The notes under the pieces: model-generated
Seen by the model: only the letters and a program-made list of their open reading frames with translations
Told to the model about the DNA's origin: nothing
Databases searched by the model: none
Shown here: positions 11,300 through 23,029 of the stretch, piece after piece
Layout of the letters: each line of letters opens with the position of its first letter
How positions within the stretch are numbered: the stretch's first letter is position 1
DNA from: Planktothrix sp. GU0601_MAG3
Lineage (GTDB): Bacteria > Cyanobacteriota > Cyanobacteriia > Cyanobacteriales > Microcoleaceae
Reading direction: 5' to 3'
DNA: 64,000 nt
NCBI GenBank assembly: GCA_035193785.1
Contig: CP136572.1
Coordinates: 2,932,578 to 2,996,577, forward strand
Translations under genes and position numbers: made by a program

Positions 11300-11797
11300 A
11301 TGAATACTAAAAATGAGATGTTTACTGACGCTAGTAACTTATGGAATTTACAAAAACTGTATCAAGACCTGGAAGCAGTAAAACGGCTATTGTCCCCTCG
11401 TTCTCGACAGGGGTTAACTGAAACGGAAAAGCTTTATCTGAGGGGACTATTGTGTGGTTATAGTCCGGCGGAAATTGCCAAAAAACTATTTCAAAGTCCT
11501 AAAAGTGTGGAAGTTTACCTCTGTAAAACGTTATATCCTTATTTAAAAAATCTTTTAGATGTTCCCTCAGAAGTAGGAAATTGGCGTAATATTTGCAATT
11601 GGTTAAACGATGCAGGTTATAAAAATTTGTCTTCTGGAGAAAACTTATTCAATAATTCATTACCTCCAGAAGCTCTAGTTAAAATAATAGGTATTAATTT
11701 ACATAAAGAAAATACTATTTCAATTGATATTAACCTTCAACTCCATTTCCCATCAGCTTTAAACTATGATGAATCTAAAAATAATATTGATGAATAA
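11300..11797 (+). CDS. HTH-domain protein, putative transcriptional regulator
   Basis: LTETEKLYLRGLLCGYSPAEIAKKL, a LuxR-like HTH common in cyanobacteria; divergent from the secreted-protein genes. Confidence 0.65.
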   Translation: MNTKNEMFTDASNLWNLQKLYQDLEAVKRLLSPRSRQGLTETEKLYLRGLLCGYSPAEIAKKLFQSPKSVEVYLCKTLYPYLKNLLDVPSEVGNWRNICNWLNDAGYKNLSSGENLFNNSLPPEALVKIIGINLHKENTISIDINLQLHFPSALNYDESKNNIDE

Positions 11798-11835
11798 TAA
11801 GCGGTTAATGAGAAGGTTATAAACTACTGGGGATT

Positions 11836-11856
11836 AAGCCCTAAAGGGCTTACTAC
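11836..11856. repeat. GTAG-tagged REP-like palindrome (GTAGTAAGCCCTTTAGGGCTT, reverse orientation)
   Basis: Exact reverse complement of 58414-58434. Confidence 0.75.
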
Positions 11857-11871
11857 GTTTAAAGAGAGGGA

Positions 11872-13567
11872 TTACCAATCAATCCCTTTAGCAATGGGCA
11901 TTCTCCATCCTGTTCCAAAAGCGCGATCGCTAATTTTTAATCCCGGGGCGGCTTGACGACGTTTAAATTCAGCAATCATCACTAATCTAATTACTTTTTT
12001 TACCACCGATTCTTCCTGTCCCGCTTCCACAATTTCAGCTAAGGATTGATGTTTTTCAATTAAACGATATAAAATATCATCTAAAATTTCATAAGCAGGT
12101 AAAGAATCCTGATCGACTTGTCCCGGTTTGAGTTCTGCACTGGGCGGTTTTGTTAATATATGATCGGGAATTATTTCTTTCCCATGATATTGATTAAACC
12201 AAGAACACAGGGAATAAACTCGGGTTTTAGGCACATCGGCAATTACCGCTAATCCCCCATTCATATCCCCATATAAGGTACAATATCCCACCGCCATTTC
12301 CGATTTATTTCCCGTAGTTAATAATAGATGTCCGAATTTATTAGAAACCGCCATTAATAATGTACCTCGGATGCGAGATTGTAGGTTTTCTTCTGCTAAC
12401 CCAAAGGAGGTTCCTGCAAATATCGGATCTAGGGTTTGATCAAAGGTTTTCATCAAATCCCCAATGGGTAAGGTTTGGGTTTTTATTCCTAAATTATTCG
12501 CTAATTCTAAGGCATCTTGAATCGAATGATCGGAAACTATAGGGAGAGGGCATTAACAGCCCTAAAACCTTTTCTTTACCTAATGCTTCCGTTGCGATCG
12601 CAGCCACTAAAGCCGAATCAATTCCCCCACTTAAACCTAAAATAACTTGAGAAAATCCACACTTCTGCACATAATCTTTCACCCCCAAAACTAAAGCCAA
12701 CCAAATTTCTTGATCTTCACTTTCAATTAATTTTCTGGTATAATTAGAGTCACAATGGGAAATTAAATCCTGTGTATTTGGATCAAATTCTATAATTTTA
12801 AAATCAGTCTCAAAGGGTTTTAAACTCAAAACTTGATCCCCATTTTTATTCAAAGCAAAACTACAGCCATCAAAAATCAAATCATCATTTCCCCCCACTT
12901 GATTCCCATATAAAATCGGAATATTATACCGTTTTGCACTATAACTAATCAGAGATTTTCTGAACTTCTGTTTCCCCACTTGATAGGGAGAAGCCGATAA
13001 ATTAACGACTAAATCTATATTTTTTTCTACTAATTCCGCTAAAGGATTACAAGGATAATTCCGTTTCCCCCAGAAGGATTCATCATTCCATAAATCCTCA
13101 CAAATTGTTACCCCAATTTTAATCCTATCTCCAGAATTTTCTAAAATAAAAAAGCCACTTTCTAACCCTGGTTCAAAATATCGATCTTCATCAAACACAT
13201 CATAGGTTGGTAATAATCGCTTCTGAAAATACTGTTTAATTTCACCCTGTTCTAATAAAGCTGCACTATTATAAATAGGGTTTCCCCCATTTTTTTCATA
13301 GTCTAAATTCTGTTCAACTGTCCCGACTAATACCGCAATTGCTGGCGGTAAATCTATTGCTAATTGTCGTAATTTTTCCGTTGTGGCTTGAATAAAACTA
13401 GGACGAATTAATAAATCTCTTGGGGGATATCCCGTTAGGGATAATTCCGTTGTTAATAACAGATTACATCCCGCCTGAACCGCTTTTTCTGCGGCTTCTA
13501 ATATCCGTTGAGCATTTCCGGTTAAATCTCCAACGGTGGGGTTAAGTTGAGCGATCGCAATTTTCAT
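11872..13567 (-). CDS. nadE: Glutamine-dependent NAD+ synthetase (apparent frameshift at 12533-12537)
   Basis: Nitrilase-like N-domain (MKIAIAQLNPTVGDL, ICEDLW); LGLSGGIDSALVA; ENLQSRIRG; TGNKSE; PPSAELKPGQVDQDSLP. Confidence 0.95.
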
Positions 13568-13694
13568 AGTCAAACTTGAGTATGATATTAATTAAGATGA
13601 CTTTATTATTGCCAACCCACCCTTAAAAATTAGCGAGCAAGGACGCGCACAAGTGCACAATGCTCCTAACTATTGTATTTAAAACCTCTAAATT

Positions 13695-14459
13695 TTATAA
13701 ATATTCTTCTTGGATAGAATTCGGTAACTTTTGTAAATCGGGGATTTCCACCAGTTCCTTCTCCTGTTCCTTAACACTAATCGGCACTCTCAAAGGTTGA
13801 CGCTGTTCTAACCAACAACTGGCTAAAGGTAAGGTTTGATCCAAATCTTCCAAAGGTCGAGGAATAACCATTACAGCGTTTAACTCCCCAATCCGTTCAG
13901 CTTCAAACATTCCCGCCTCTATCGCCATCGCCACATCGGACACCGGGCCCCGAATAATCACGGTACACAACCCCGCCCCAATCCGTTCATAGGACATCAG
14001 GCTCACATCCGCTGCCTTCAACATGGCATCCGCTGCCCCCACCATCGCCGGAAATCCCCTAGTTTCAAGTAACCCCACCGCCTGATTACTTAAACGATGA
14101 CCTGCCCCATTGGTTATATTAGATAACCGCGAACTAATCGGAAGCACCAGTTCTAAATTGGGAAAGGGTCGAGGAATTACTAAGCTAGAAATAAATTGAC
14201 CAAACTGTTTAGCCGTTTGCTCCCCGGTTTCCACCGCCAAACGCACCTCAGAAATTTTCCCCCGCACAATTGCTGTGCAATGTCCCCCCCCAATTTTTTC
14301 ATAGCCCACTAAATGAACCCCGGCGGACTTCAACATCATATCCGCCGTTCCTACAATCGCCGGGAAGCTCTGGGTAGAAACTAAACCGAGAGCCATATCC
14401 CTAAAATCGGTCTGGTTTGACCGTTCAGAAGAACCGGAATTTCGTCTGTTTGCGTCCAT
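13695..14459 (-). CDS. ccmO: Carboxysome tandem-BMC shell protein CcmO
   Basis: Two BMC domains (ALGLVSTQSFPAIVGTADMMLKSA; AVGLLETRGFPAMVGAADAMLKAA); last gene of the ccm operon. Confidence 0.93.
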   Translation of the reverse strand: MDANRRNSGSSERSNQTDFRDMALGLVSTQSFPAIVGTADMMLKSAGVHLVGYEKIGGGHCTAIVRGKISEVRLAVETGEQTAKQFGQFISSLVIPRPFPNLELVLPISSRLSNITNGAGHRLSNQAVGLLETRGFPAMVGAADAMLKAADVSLMSYERIGAGLCTVIIRGPVSDVAMAIEAGMFEAERIGELNAVMVIPRPLEDLDQTLPLASCWLEQRQPLRVPISVKEQEKELVEIPDLQKLPNSIQEEYL

Positions 14460-14486
14460 TTTTAATGATTCCGATAGATCGGTTAT

Positions 14487-14699
14487 GGGGTAATAGGTAA
14501 TAGGTAATAGGTAATGGGTAATGGGTAATGGGTAATAGGTAATGGGTAATAGGTAATGGGTAATAGGTAATAGGTAATGGAAAGAGTTTACCTCCCCTGC
14601 TCCCCCTGCTCCCCCTGCTCCCCCTGCTCCCCCTGCTCCCCTGCTCCCCTGCTCCCCTGCTCCCCCTGCTCCCCCTGCTCCCCCTGCCTCCCCTACTCC
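14487..14699. repeat. Composite STRR array: (GGTAATR)n followed by (CTCCCCCTG)n
   Basis: Read directly in the ccmN-ccmO spacer. Confidence 0.9.
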
Positions 14700-15419
14700 T
14701 CAACTCTGGTAGTTATTGAAGGCTTTGCGATGGGGAAGCAAGGTATCCAATAACCGACTCAGATTTTCTTTCCCATAAATTACCGGAGGAATGGGCCCAG
14801 ATGACAGTTCCGAGGATGTTGGGGACTGGGGAACCAGAGCCGTTTCCTCCGATTTTTCTGGGTTAGAGGGGATGACCGATTCAGCTTCAGCCGGAATGGA
14901 TAAAACATCCGACGGTTGAGCGGGTATTTCCTCCAATGCCGGGGTATTCTCCGGTTCAGGGACAAAGGAGACCAACTTCAAAAGCGGATCGGCATCTTCA
15001 CCCCAGGGAGACATAATCGGGGGTTCGGGAGTCGGTTCCGGTGGCATAGAGACCGATTTAGGTTCCAATACACGGGATCGATCCCCAATCAACGATCTGG
15101 CAGCTACGACCTGTTGAGGTGCAATAGAACTTTCCCAGATCGTTGTTTCTGAACCAATACAGGCATTTTCCCCAATGGTTCCCGCCCCCAGGATTAATAC
15201 TCCTGACCCCAGGACTACACCTGTCTCTATCTCTAGGATACCTTGGTAAACCTGAATAATCACCCCCCGGCCGACACAAACCCCCGCAGCAATCCTAAGC
15301 TGACCATCGGCTGCCGCTTGTAGGATCACCCCGGGTGCTAGGGTAGCCCCGGGATCAATTGTGACATCGCCACTCACATAAACATCTGGGTTTAGGAGTT
15401 GCGGTGGCGATATGTTCAT
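14700..15419 (-). CDS. ccmN: Carboxysome protein CcmN
   Basis: Hexapeptide left-handed beta-helix N-terminus, Pro/Glu-rich linker, C-terminal encapsulation peptide [19 protein letters not shown]. Confidence 0.9.
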   Translation of the reverse strand: MNISPPQLLNPDVYVSGDVTIDPGATLAPGVILQAAADGQLRIAAGVCVGRGVIIQVYQGILEIETGVVLGSGVLILGAGTIGENACIGSETTIWESSIAPQQVVAARSLIGDRSRVLEPKSVSMPPEPTPEPPIMSPWGEDADPLLKLVSFVPEPENTPALEEIPAQPSDVLSIPAEAESVIPSNPEKSEETALVPQSPTSSELSSGPIPPVIYGKENLSRLLDTLLPHRKAFNNYQS

Positions 15420-15476
15420 CTTTACTCGAACCTCTAGCGTTGCGTTTTAATTCTCAATCCCCTTGATAGAGGAATG

Positions 15477-17418
15477 TTAGGGACGTTGGATAATTTCCTC
15501 CAGTACCCGACGCTTGGCTTTAGAGTCAATCCCGATTAACCGCACATATTGTCCACGATGTTCGTTCAAGCAACCGTCTAAAGCTGCCATCACTTCGGAG
15601 ATATTGTTAGATTGAATCGGAGCACAACTGTTCCAAGATCCGGTACGGAAACGGCGAGCATCCGCGTGTTCTGTGCCAACTTTGTAGCCTTTGGCTAACA
15701 GACCGCGAACTTGATCCGCAACGCTATTATCCAGTTTGCCACTGCTGACGGTTGCGACACTAGGACGACTGGTGGGAGCCGGAGCCGAAGCCGTTGGCGC
15801 CACTTTGCCATCGGGACGCTGAATAATTTCTTCTAGGACACGGCGTTTGTTTTTGGGGTCAATTCCAATTAAACGCACATATTCCCCTTGATGCTCACTG
15901 GCGATCGCATCTAATTTAGAAATAATGTCTGCCACCCCTGAGCCGGAGAGACTGGGCCCACTGCGCCAAGATCCGGTACGGAAGCGACGAACATCGGCAT
16001 ATTCCGTCCCAATTTTGTAACCTTTGGCCAACAGATCGCCAATTTGTCCCCCGAGACCGGAACTAGCAACACTAGCCGAACCTGAAGGAGCAGCAACGGA
16101 AGTGCTGACCTGAGCCGTGCCAGGTTTTGCAGCCACTTTGCCATCGGGACGCTGAATAATTTCTTCTAGGACACGGCGTTTGTTTTTGGGGTCAATTCCA
16201 ATTAAACGCACATATTCCCCCTGATGCTCACTGGCGATCGCATCTAATTTAGAAAGAATGTCTGCTACCCCTGAGCCGGAGATACTGGGGCCACTGCGCC
16301 AAGATCCGGTACGGAAGCGACGAACATCGGCATATTCCGTCCCAATTTTGTAGCCTTTGGCTAACAGATCGCCAATTTGTCCCCCGAGACCGGAACTAGC
16401 AACACTAGCCGAACCTGAAGGAGCCGCCACGGGAGCACTGCCCTTTCCATTACTGGATTTGGGGACTACGCCGCCGTCGGGACGTTGAATAATTTCTTCT
16501 AGGACACGACGTTTGGCCTTAGCATCAATGCCCAACAGACGGACATATTCGCCGCCATGATCTCTGAGGCAAGCTTCTAAGGCTGCCACCACTTCCCCGG
16601 TGGTTTTGGCATTGATCGGAGCACCACTACGCCAAGATCCAGTGCGGAAACGACGGGTATCGGCGTGTTTCTGTGCCAATTTTGTAACCATTGGCTAACA
16701 GATCCCCAATTTGCCGTACAATTTCGGCGGCTAAATTGGAACTTCCGGTATAGGAATAGGAGCGATCGCGACCAATCCCATTACTGACTCCCCCGGATTC
16801 ATTGCGAATCGGGTTAATACAAGAGGAGTTTTCAGAACACTGATAACCCGCTTTCAGGGATTGGTTAACCCCGATGACGTGGGTAGCAAAGCTCAGATCC
16901 GCATCCGTAACGTTTGGTAAGCGATCAGCCTGTTGTTGATTGGTAATAATCGAACCGGAGGGAACATATTTTCCCGGGGGAATTTCCACGTCTTCGATTA
17001 AAACGTGCATCATCACAATGCAACCATTTCCCACTCTGGAATTGAATACCGTAGAGCGGAATCCGATAAAACAATTATCTCCCACATAGGCTGGGCCATG
17101 AATTAGGGCCATGTGGGTGATGGAGGAATTTTTACCTACCCAGACGGAGTAGGATTGACCATCATCCCCTTTAACGCGACCTTCTTCTAAGCCGTGAATC
17201 ACTACCCCATCTTGGATATTGCTATTTTCCCCGATGGCAAAGGGTGCTCCCTCATCGGCTCTAATGGAAGTACCCGGGGCTACTAATACATGAGCACCAA
17301 TCCGAACGTCACCAATAATATTAGAAAAAGAATGTACATAAGCCGTTGGGTCGATTTTCGGCTCTGCCAAGTTCTTCGACCAAGGGGTTGGAGGTGCCGC
17401 TAGGCCACGAACTGCCAT
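15477..17418 (-). CDS. ccmM: Carboxysome protein CcmM: gamma-carbonic anhydrase domain plus four RbcS-like (SSUL) domains (apparent frameshift at 16667-16671)
   Basis: [29 protein letters not shown]; four repeats of [12 protein letters not shown](L/I)[14 protein letters not shown]. Confidence 0.95.
15799..16424. repeat. Near-identical internal duplication in ccmM (293-bp copies, 333-bp period)
   Basis: 15799-16091 vs 16132-16424 differ at only a few bases. Confidence 0.85.
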
Positions 17419-17669
17419 ATTTTAATTTCTCCTAACCGAATAGTTGTTTGTTGTTTGTTTTTAGTTGTTCGTTATCGCAGGGATCAAAATGGGTAATTCA
17501 GAAGTTAGTCAAACTAAAAATTAAAAAGTTCTGAAGTTTTTGATTTTCGGTGCGGAATTTCAACTTTTTTTCAAAATTTGATTTATCCTATAACTAACAC
17601 CTTCTTCCACTTCTTTTTCTCAAAAATTTAAAGCCTTTAGCTTCTCAACAATTCCCACCTTTTTTCCTG

Positions 17670-17972
17670 TTAATAATGATCTTTTTTGCTGTAAATCGAA
17701 CGATTTTCCACATTGATGGTGTCGATGATTGCCACAATCGCCGCATCACTAGGTCGTTTTTCACTCCCTTCAACATGGCGAGCCGCACTGCCTCGTGTGA
17801 CGAGTACCCATTCACCAATTCCGGCTCCTACCACATCAATTGCCACCTCATACTCGTTGGAGATATCTTCTCCATTTTCATCAACAAATCGTAAAAGCAT
17901 AAACTTGGAACCCCTTAAACTAGGTTCTTTCTGATTGCCAACAACCGTGCCAATCACTTTGGCAATTTGCAT
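17670..17972 (-). CDS. ccmL: Carboxysome vertex pentamer CcmL
   Basis: MQIAKVIGTVV..GAGIGEWVLVTRGSAAR..DAAIVAIIDT. Confidence 0.95.
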   Translation of the reverse strand: MQIAKVIGTVVGNQKEPSLRGSKFMLLRFVDENGEDISNEYEVAIDVVGAGIGEWVLVTRGSAARHVEGSEKRPSDAAIVAIIDTINVENRSIYSKKDHY

Positions 17973-18061
17973 AATGAGTCTGAGGAAGAATAAATGGGAA
18001 TTTGGAGCGATTTATCAAAGGATCAAGGGTAAATTTACCGATTGTTAAAATCCTCTGGAAA

Positions 18062-18403
18062 TTAGGGACGGTTTAAAGGACGAATCCCACTGAGGCTTTC
18101 GCGGAATTGTTCCACTGCTTCGGTATAGCGGATGGGTAAAACGTATTCTAAGTTTTCGTGGGGACGAGCGATAATATGAGTGGATAAAACTTCTCCACCC
18201 ATAACTCGTTTAATCGATTCCACCCCGGCGGATACGGATGCTTGCACTTCGGAGACATCCCCCCGCACAATCACGGTTACCCGGGCACTACCAATTTTTT
18301 CGTAACCCACTAAGGTAACACGGGCGGCTTTTACCATTGAGTCCGCTGCTTCCACAACGGCAGGAAAGCCTAAGGTCTCGATCATGCCAACTGCAATCGC
18401 CAT
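18062..18403 (-). CDS. ccmK1: Carboxysome shell hexamer CcmK1
   Basis: [29 protein letters not shown] with C-terminal extension, 113 aa. Confidence 0.93.
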   Translation of the reverse strand: MAIAVGMIETLGFPAVVEAADSMVKAARVTLVGYEKIGSARVTVIVRGDVSEVQASVSAGVESIKRVMGGEVLSTHIIARPHENLEYVLPIRYTEAVEQFRESLSGIRPLNRP

Positions 18404-18566
18404 TAAATTTGACTCCTAAAATCAATCAAAACAGTTAGGGAATAATACAGAATTTCTACCTAAAATGGGAATAATTCTGATTTTAATTTGAAATTGACTT
18501 GGATTTGTGAAATTGCTGTTTATCGCTTCTCCTCGGGTCAATTCCAAGGTGGATTTTTTTCAGTCC

Positions 18567-18879
18567 CTAGTAAGAACGGAAACTGCTCGACGGCATCGGT
18601 ATAGCGAATCGGCAGAACATATTCTAGGTTCTCATGGGGACGGGCAATAATATGGGTGGAAGTCACTTGACCGCCATTGACTCGTTTGATGGATTCGACT
18701 CCGGCGGCTACGGATGCTTGCACTTCGGAGACATCGCCACGCACGATGACGGTGACTCGGCCACTGCCAATTTTCTCATATCCCACTAAGGTGACCCGGG
18801 CTGCTTTCACCATGGCATCCGCTGCTTCTACAACAGCAGGAAAGCCTAAAGTTTCAATCATTCCAACGGCAATTGACAT
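18567..18879 (-). CDS. ccmK2: Carboxysome shell hexamer CcmK2 (103 aa after repairing the apparent frameshift at 18579-18583)
   Basis: [29 protein letters not shown]; repair gives ...AVEQFRSY* with TAG at 18567-18569. Confidence 0.93.
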
Positions 18880-19438
18880 GGTTTAACTCCTAGTTAATCA
18901 ACAAAACAAACTACACTGTATTTTTAAGCAATAAGCGACTTTCCAACAGATTCAACCGTCGGATTTCGGGCTACACTCGGATGTTGCAGTTTCCCTTTCA
19001 GTCTAATTTTAGGGCTTATTGATCCCTAGATTTGGCAATAGTTATATTTTCCTATTGCTTACTTTCCCGCCATTGAGGATGGAAACGGAGATCAGCAGAT
19101 TACCTACAATTTCAATTTACAGAAATAGTAACGAACCTCCCTCTCTAAGAATAGGAGAAGGGTGACACTCTTGACAATATTAATCTGGATTATATTTTCT
19201 CATTTTTAATATTATTTTTGTTGATAATGAATTTTAATTAAGTTTTGTTAAGTTTTTAAAAATTATAACCGTGCCAATAAAACCATGGCTCTAATTAAAA
19301 GATTTTTTGCCCTTATAGCTCTATAAGATAGTATAATAGACCGCCAATTCCGGCCGCAAGTCAACCCAAAGACCTATGAATCCCAAATCTTGGTATAGTA
19401 ATCTGAGAATTACTAAGAATTTTCTAATTTTAAGTTAA

Positions 19439-21312
19439 ATGACAGATTTTCTCCTCCACACCAGTTGGTGGATACCTTTTTATGGCTTAATTGGGGCAAT
19501 CTTGACCTTGCCTTGGTCAGCGGGATTGGTGCGTCGCACCGGGCCAAGACCCGCCGCCTACTTTAATTTGTTAATGACGGTTTTGGCCCTTGTCCATGGT
19601 TCGGTTGTTTTCCGCACCACCTGGGATGAAACCTATTCAGCAAATCGTTTTCCATTGGGTACACACCAACAATTTAGACCTGTCCTTTGCCCTGGAAATC
19701 TCCCCGGTGAGTTTGGGGGCCATGGAATTAATTACGGGTTTGAGTTTAATTGCTCAATGCTTCGCCCTGGGCTATATGGAAAAGGACTGGGCTCTGGCTC
19801 GGTTTTTTGGCCTGATGGGCTTCTTTGAAGCGGCTATTAGTGGGTTGGCCTTGAGTGATTCCTTGTTACTGAGTTATATCCTCCTAGAATTATTAACCCT
19901 CTCTACCTATCTACTGGTGGGCTTCTGGTATGCCCAACCCCTGGTGGTGACGGCGGCTCGGGATGCGTTTTTAACCAAACGGGTCGGAGATGTGTTGCTG
20001 TTGATGGGGGTGGTGTATCTCTCCACCTTGGCCGGAAGTTTGAGCTTTTCCGATTTGGAAGGATGGGCAGAAACCGCCACCTTAATGCCCCTCCAGGCGA
20101 CCTTACTGGGTTTAGCCTTGATTTCTGGCCCGATTGGAAAATGCGCTCAATTTCCCTTAAATCTTTGGTTAGATGAGGCGATGGAAGGCCCTAACCCGGC
20201 TTCGATTCTGCGAAATTCCGTGGTGGTGGCCAGTGGGGCCTATGTCCTAATTAAACTACAACCGGTTTTAGTCCTTTCCCCGATTGCTTCCACAACCTTA
20301 GTGGTTTTGGGGACAATTACCGCCATTGGTGCTTCTCTGGTTTCTATTGCCCAAATTGATCTCAAACGGGCTCTATCCCATTCCACCAGTGCCTATTTAG
20401 GGTTGGTGTTTATTGCGGTGGGGGAAAGTCATGTTGATATTGCCCTACTATTATTGTTCACCCATGCGATCGCCAAAGCCTTAGTTTTCATGAGTGCGGG
20501 CTCGGTAATTCTCACCACCAATACCCAAAATCTCACGGAGATGGGGGGGTTATGGTCAAAAATGCCCGCCACGACAATGGCTTTTATTGTGGGTGCTGCG
20601 GGTTTAGTGGGGTTAATGCCCTTGGGTACTTTTTGGACAATGCGCCGTTGGGTGAATGGATTTTGGACAGTACCTCTGTGGTTGATTTTGGTCTTGCTGC
20701 TGGTTAATTGTTTAACGGCTTTGAGTTTAACCCGGGTTTTTGGATTGGTTTTTGCGGGAAAACCTCAACAAAAAACTCGGCGAGCACCGGAAGTTCCTTG
20801 GCCGATGGCTTTACCTATGGTTGCCATGATTATTCTGACTTTATTAGTGCCGATCATGTTACAACGATGGCAATTATTACTCAGTTGGACTGTACCTTTG
20901 GTGGAAGTTCCCGCCACGGGATTGGCTGAGGTTTTGCGTCAAGCCACGGTGCCTTTACTGGTGATTTCGGGTTTAGTTGGAGTGGCAATTGGAGGCGGAA
21001 TTTATTTATTTGGAATGGGTTTCTAAACCTTATAAATTACCCTGGAAGGGATTACAAGATTTATTCGCTTACGATTTCTATATTGATAGAATTTACGATC
21101 TGACGGTTGTTCTATTTGTCAGTCGAATTTCTGCTTTTAGTGCTTGGATTGATCGCTATATTATCGATGGCATTGTTAATGTTTTTGGTTTAGCGACTTT
21201 GTTTAGTGGAGAAGGATTAAAATACAGTATTTCTGGACAATCCCAATTTTATCTCCTAACTATTGCTTTGGGGGTGGGGGTGTTGGTGGGATTAATGTTG
21301 TGGCAATTTTGA
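19439..21312 (+). CDS. ndhF4: NDH-1 subunit F4, CO2 uptake (apparent frameshifts at 19628-19632 and 21019-21023)
   Basis: RRTGPRPAAYFNLLMT; GKCAQFPLNLWLDEAMEGPNPASILRN; operon with ndhD and cupB, divergent from ccm. Confidence 0.88.
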
Positions 21313-21365
21313 TCACGGATTTAGACGGATTGAAGGATGACACGGATTATCGGAGTTATCAGTAA

Positions 21366-21418
21366 TTACTGATTACTGATTACCGATTACTGATTACTGA
21401 TTACTGATTACTGATTAC
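21366..21418. repeat. Heptamer STRR (TTACTGA)n
   Basis: Read directly between ndhF4 and ndhD4. Confidence 0.85.
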
Positions 21419-21431
21419 CCATGACTGCTTT

Positions 21432-22934
21432 ATGCTTAGTGTATTAATTTGGCTTCCTTTATTTGGCGCGGCTATTATTGCCTTTTGGCCGAATTTATCG
21501 GGTAAAACGGCTCGTCAATTGTCCCTAGTCATCGCCGGAGGATTATTTTTATGGTCGTTGGTTTTAGCGGGACTATTTGATCCAGATAATCCGGCTTTAC
21601 AATTTAAAGAATATATTCCCTGGATTAAACCTTTGGGGTTAAATTATACTTTAGGGGTTGATGGTTTATCCTTACCTTTGGTGATTTTAAATGGGCTATT
21701 AATTACGATTGCGATCGCAATTACCGATGTATTTATTAGTCGTCATCAACTCTATTACGCCTCAATATTACTGATTTCGGCGGGAATTTCAGGAACATTT
21801 TTATCCCAAAATCTGTTATTATTTCTGCTATTTTATGAAGTAGAATTAATCCCTTTATATCTGTTAATTGCAATTTGGGGAGGCAAACGCAAAGGCTATG
21901 CAGCCACTAAATTTCTACTATATACGGCCGTTTCGGGATTTCTGATTTTAGCTTCCTTTTTGGGAATTGTTTGGCTGACCCATACCCTAGATTTCGATTT
22001 AGAGACCATTAGTGCTGCGGCGTTAGGAGTCTCATCTTTACCCTTAACCACCCAACTGATTTTATTAGGCGGTCTGTTAATTGGATTTGGGATTAAAATT
22101 CCCCTGTTTCCCTTCCATACCTGGCTACCGGATGCCCACGTCGAAGCCTCAACCCCTGTTTCTGTGCTATTGGCCGGGGTATTATTAAAGTTAGGAACCT
22201 ACGGGTTATTACGGTTTGGGGTCGGCCTATTTCCCGATGCTTGGTCAGTGGTTGCTCCCTGGGCGGCTAGTTGGGCGGTGGTGAGTGTTTTATATGGAGC
22301 TTTTTGTGCCATTTCTCAAAAAGATATGAAGAAAATGATCGCCTATAGTTCTATTGCTCACATGGGCTATATTTTATTAGCCTTTGCTGCCGCTAACTCC
22401 ACCAGTTTGTTAGGCGCTGTGATGCAAATGGTGAGTCATGGTTTAATCTCAGGATTAATGTTTTTAACCGTTGGGGTTGTATACCGAAAAGCCGGAAGTC
22501 GGGATTTAGATATTATTCGAGGGTTACTCAATCCAGAACGAGGTTTACCCCTGATTGGAACTATTATGATTATGGCGGTCATGGCGAGTGCGGGAATACC
22601 GGGGTTAGTGGGATTTGTGGCGGAATTTATCATCTTTCGAGGCAGTATGGAAGTCTTCCCCGTACAAACTTTATTGTGCATGATTGGAACGGGATTAACT
22701 TCAGTTTATTTCCTAATTATGATTAATAAAGCTTTCTTTGGTCGCCTCTCGGAATATGTGGTGAATTTGCCTTCTGTGCAATGGAGTGATCGCATTCCAG
22801 CAATGATTTTAGCTTTAATTATTGTACTCCTAGGAATTCAACCGAACTTACTGGTGAGATTAAGTGATGCGTCTACCACAGCTTTAGCCCATACTCAACC
22901 CTTATTTGCTCATCATCTCACAGAAAAAGTTTGA
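21432..22934 (+). CDS. ndhD4: NDH-1 subunit D4
   Basis: NuoM-family motifs KIPLFPFHTWLPDAHVEASTP, LLKLGTYG, AYSSIAHMG; RGLLNPERGLP. Confidence 0.88.
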   Translation: MLSVLIWLPLFGAAIIAFWPNLSGKTARQLSLVIAGGLFLWSLVLAGLFDPDNPALQFKEYIPWIKPLGLNYTLGVDGLSLPLVILNGLLITIAIAITDVFISRHQLYYASILLISAGISGTFLSQNLLLFLLFYEVELIPLYLLIAIWGGKRKGYAATKFLLYTAVSGFLILASFLGIVWLTHTLDFDLETISAAALGVSSLPLTTQLILLGGLLIGFGIKIPLFPFHTWLPDAHVEASTPVSVLLAGVLLKLGTYGLLRFGVGLFPDAWSVVAPWAASWAVVSVLYGAFCAISQKDMKKMIAYSSIAHMGYILLAFAAANSTSLLGAVMQMVSHGLISGLMFLTVGVVYRKAGSRDLDIIRGLLNPERGLPLIGTIMIMAVMASAGIPGLVGFVAEFIIFRGSMEVFPVQTLLCMIGTGLTSVYFLIMINKAFFGRLSEYVVNLPSVQWSDRIPAMILALIIVLLGIQPNLLVRLSDASTTALAHTQPLFAHHLTEKV

Positions 22935-23029
22935 ATTTATGGATAGAGTGGGTCTAAATAATTGAGCAAAAAATTAAACCCACTTTATCACTTTTCCAAA
23001 GATAAATTTTAATTAAACCTTTAAACAAA

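Noticed and set aside
14425..14703. 92-aa ORF with GSR and YPLPIT repeats
   Set aside because: It is a translation of STRR arrays
18538..18879. CcmK2 with a novel C-terminal extension [14 protein letters not shown]
   Set aside because: Produced by the GAAAC insertion at 18579; repair gives a standard 103-aa CcmK2
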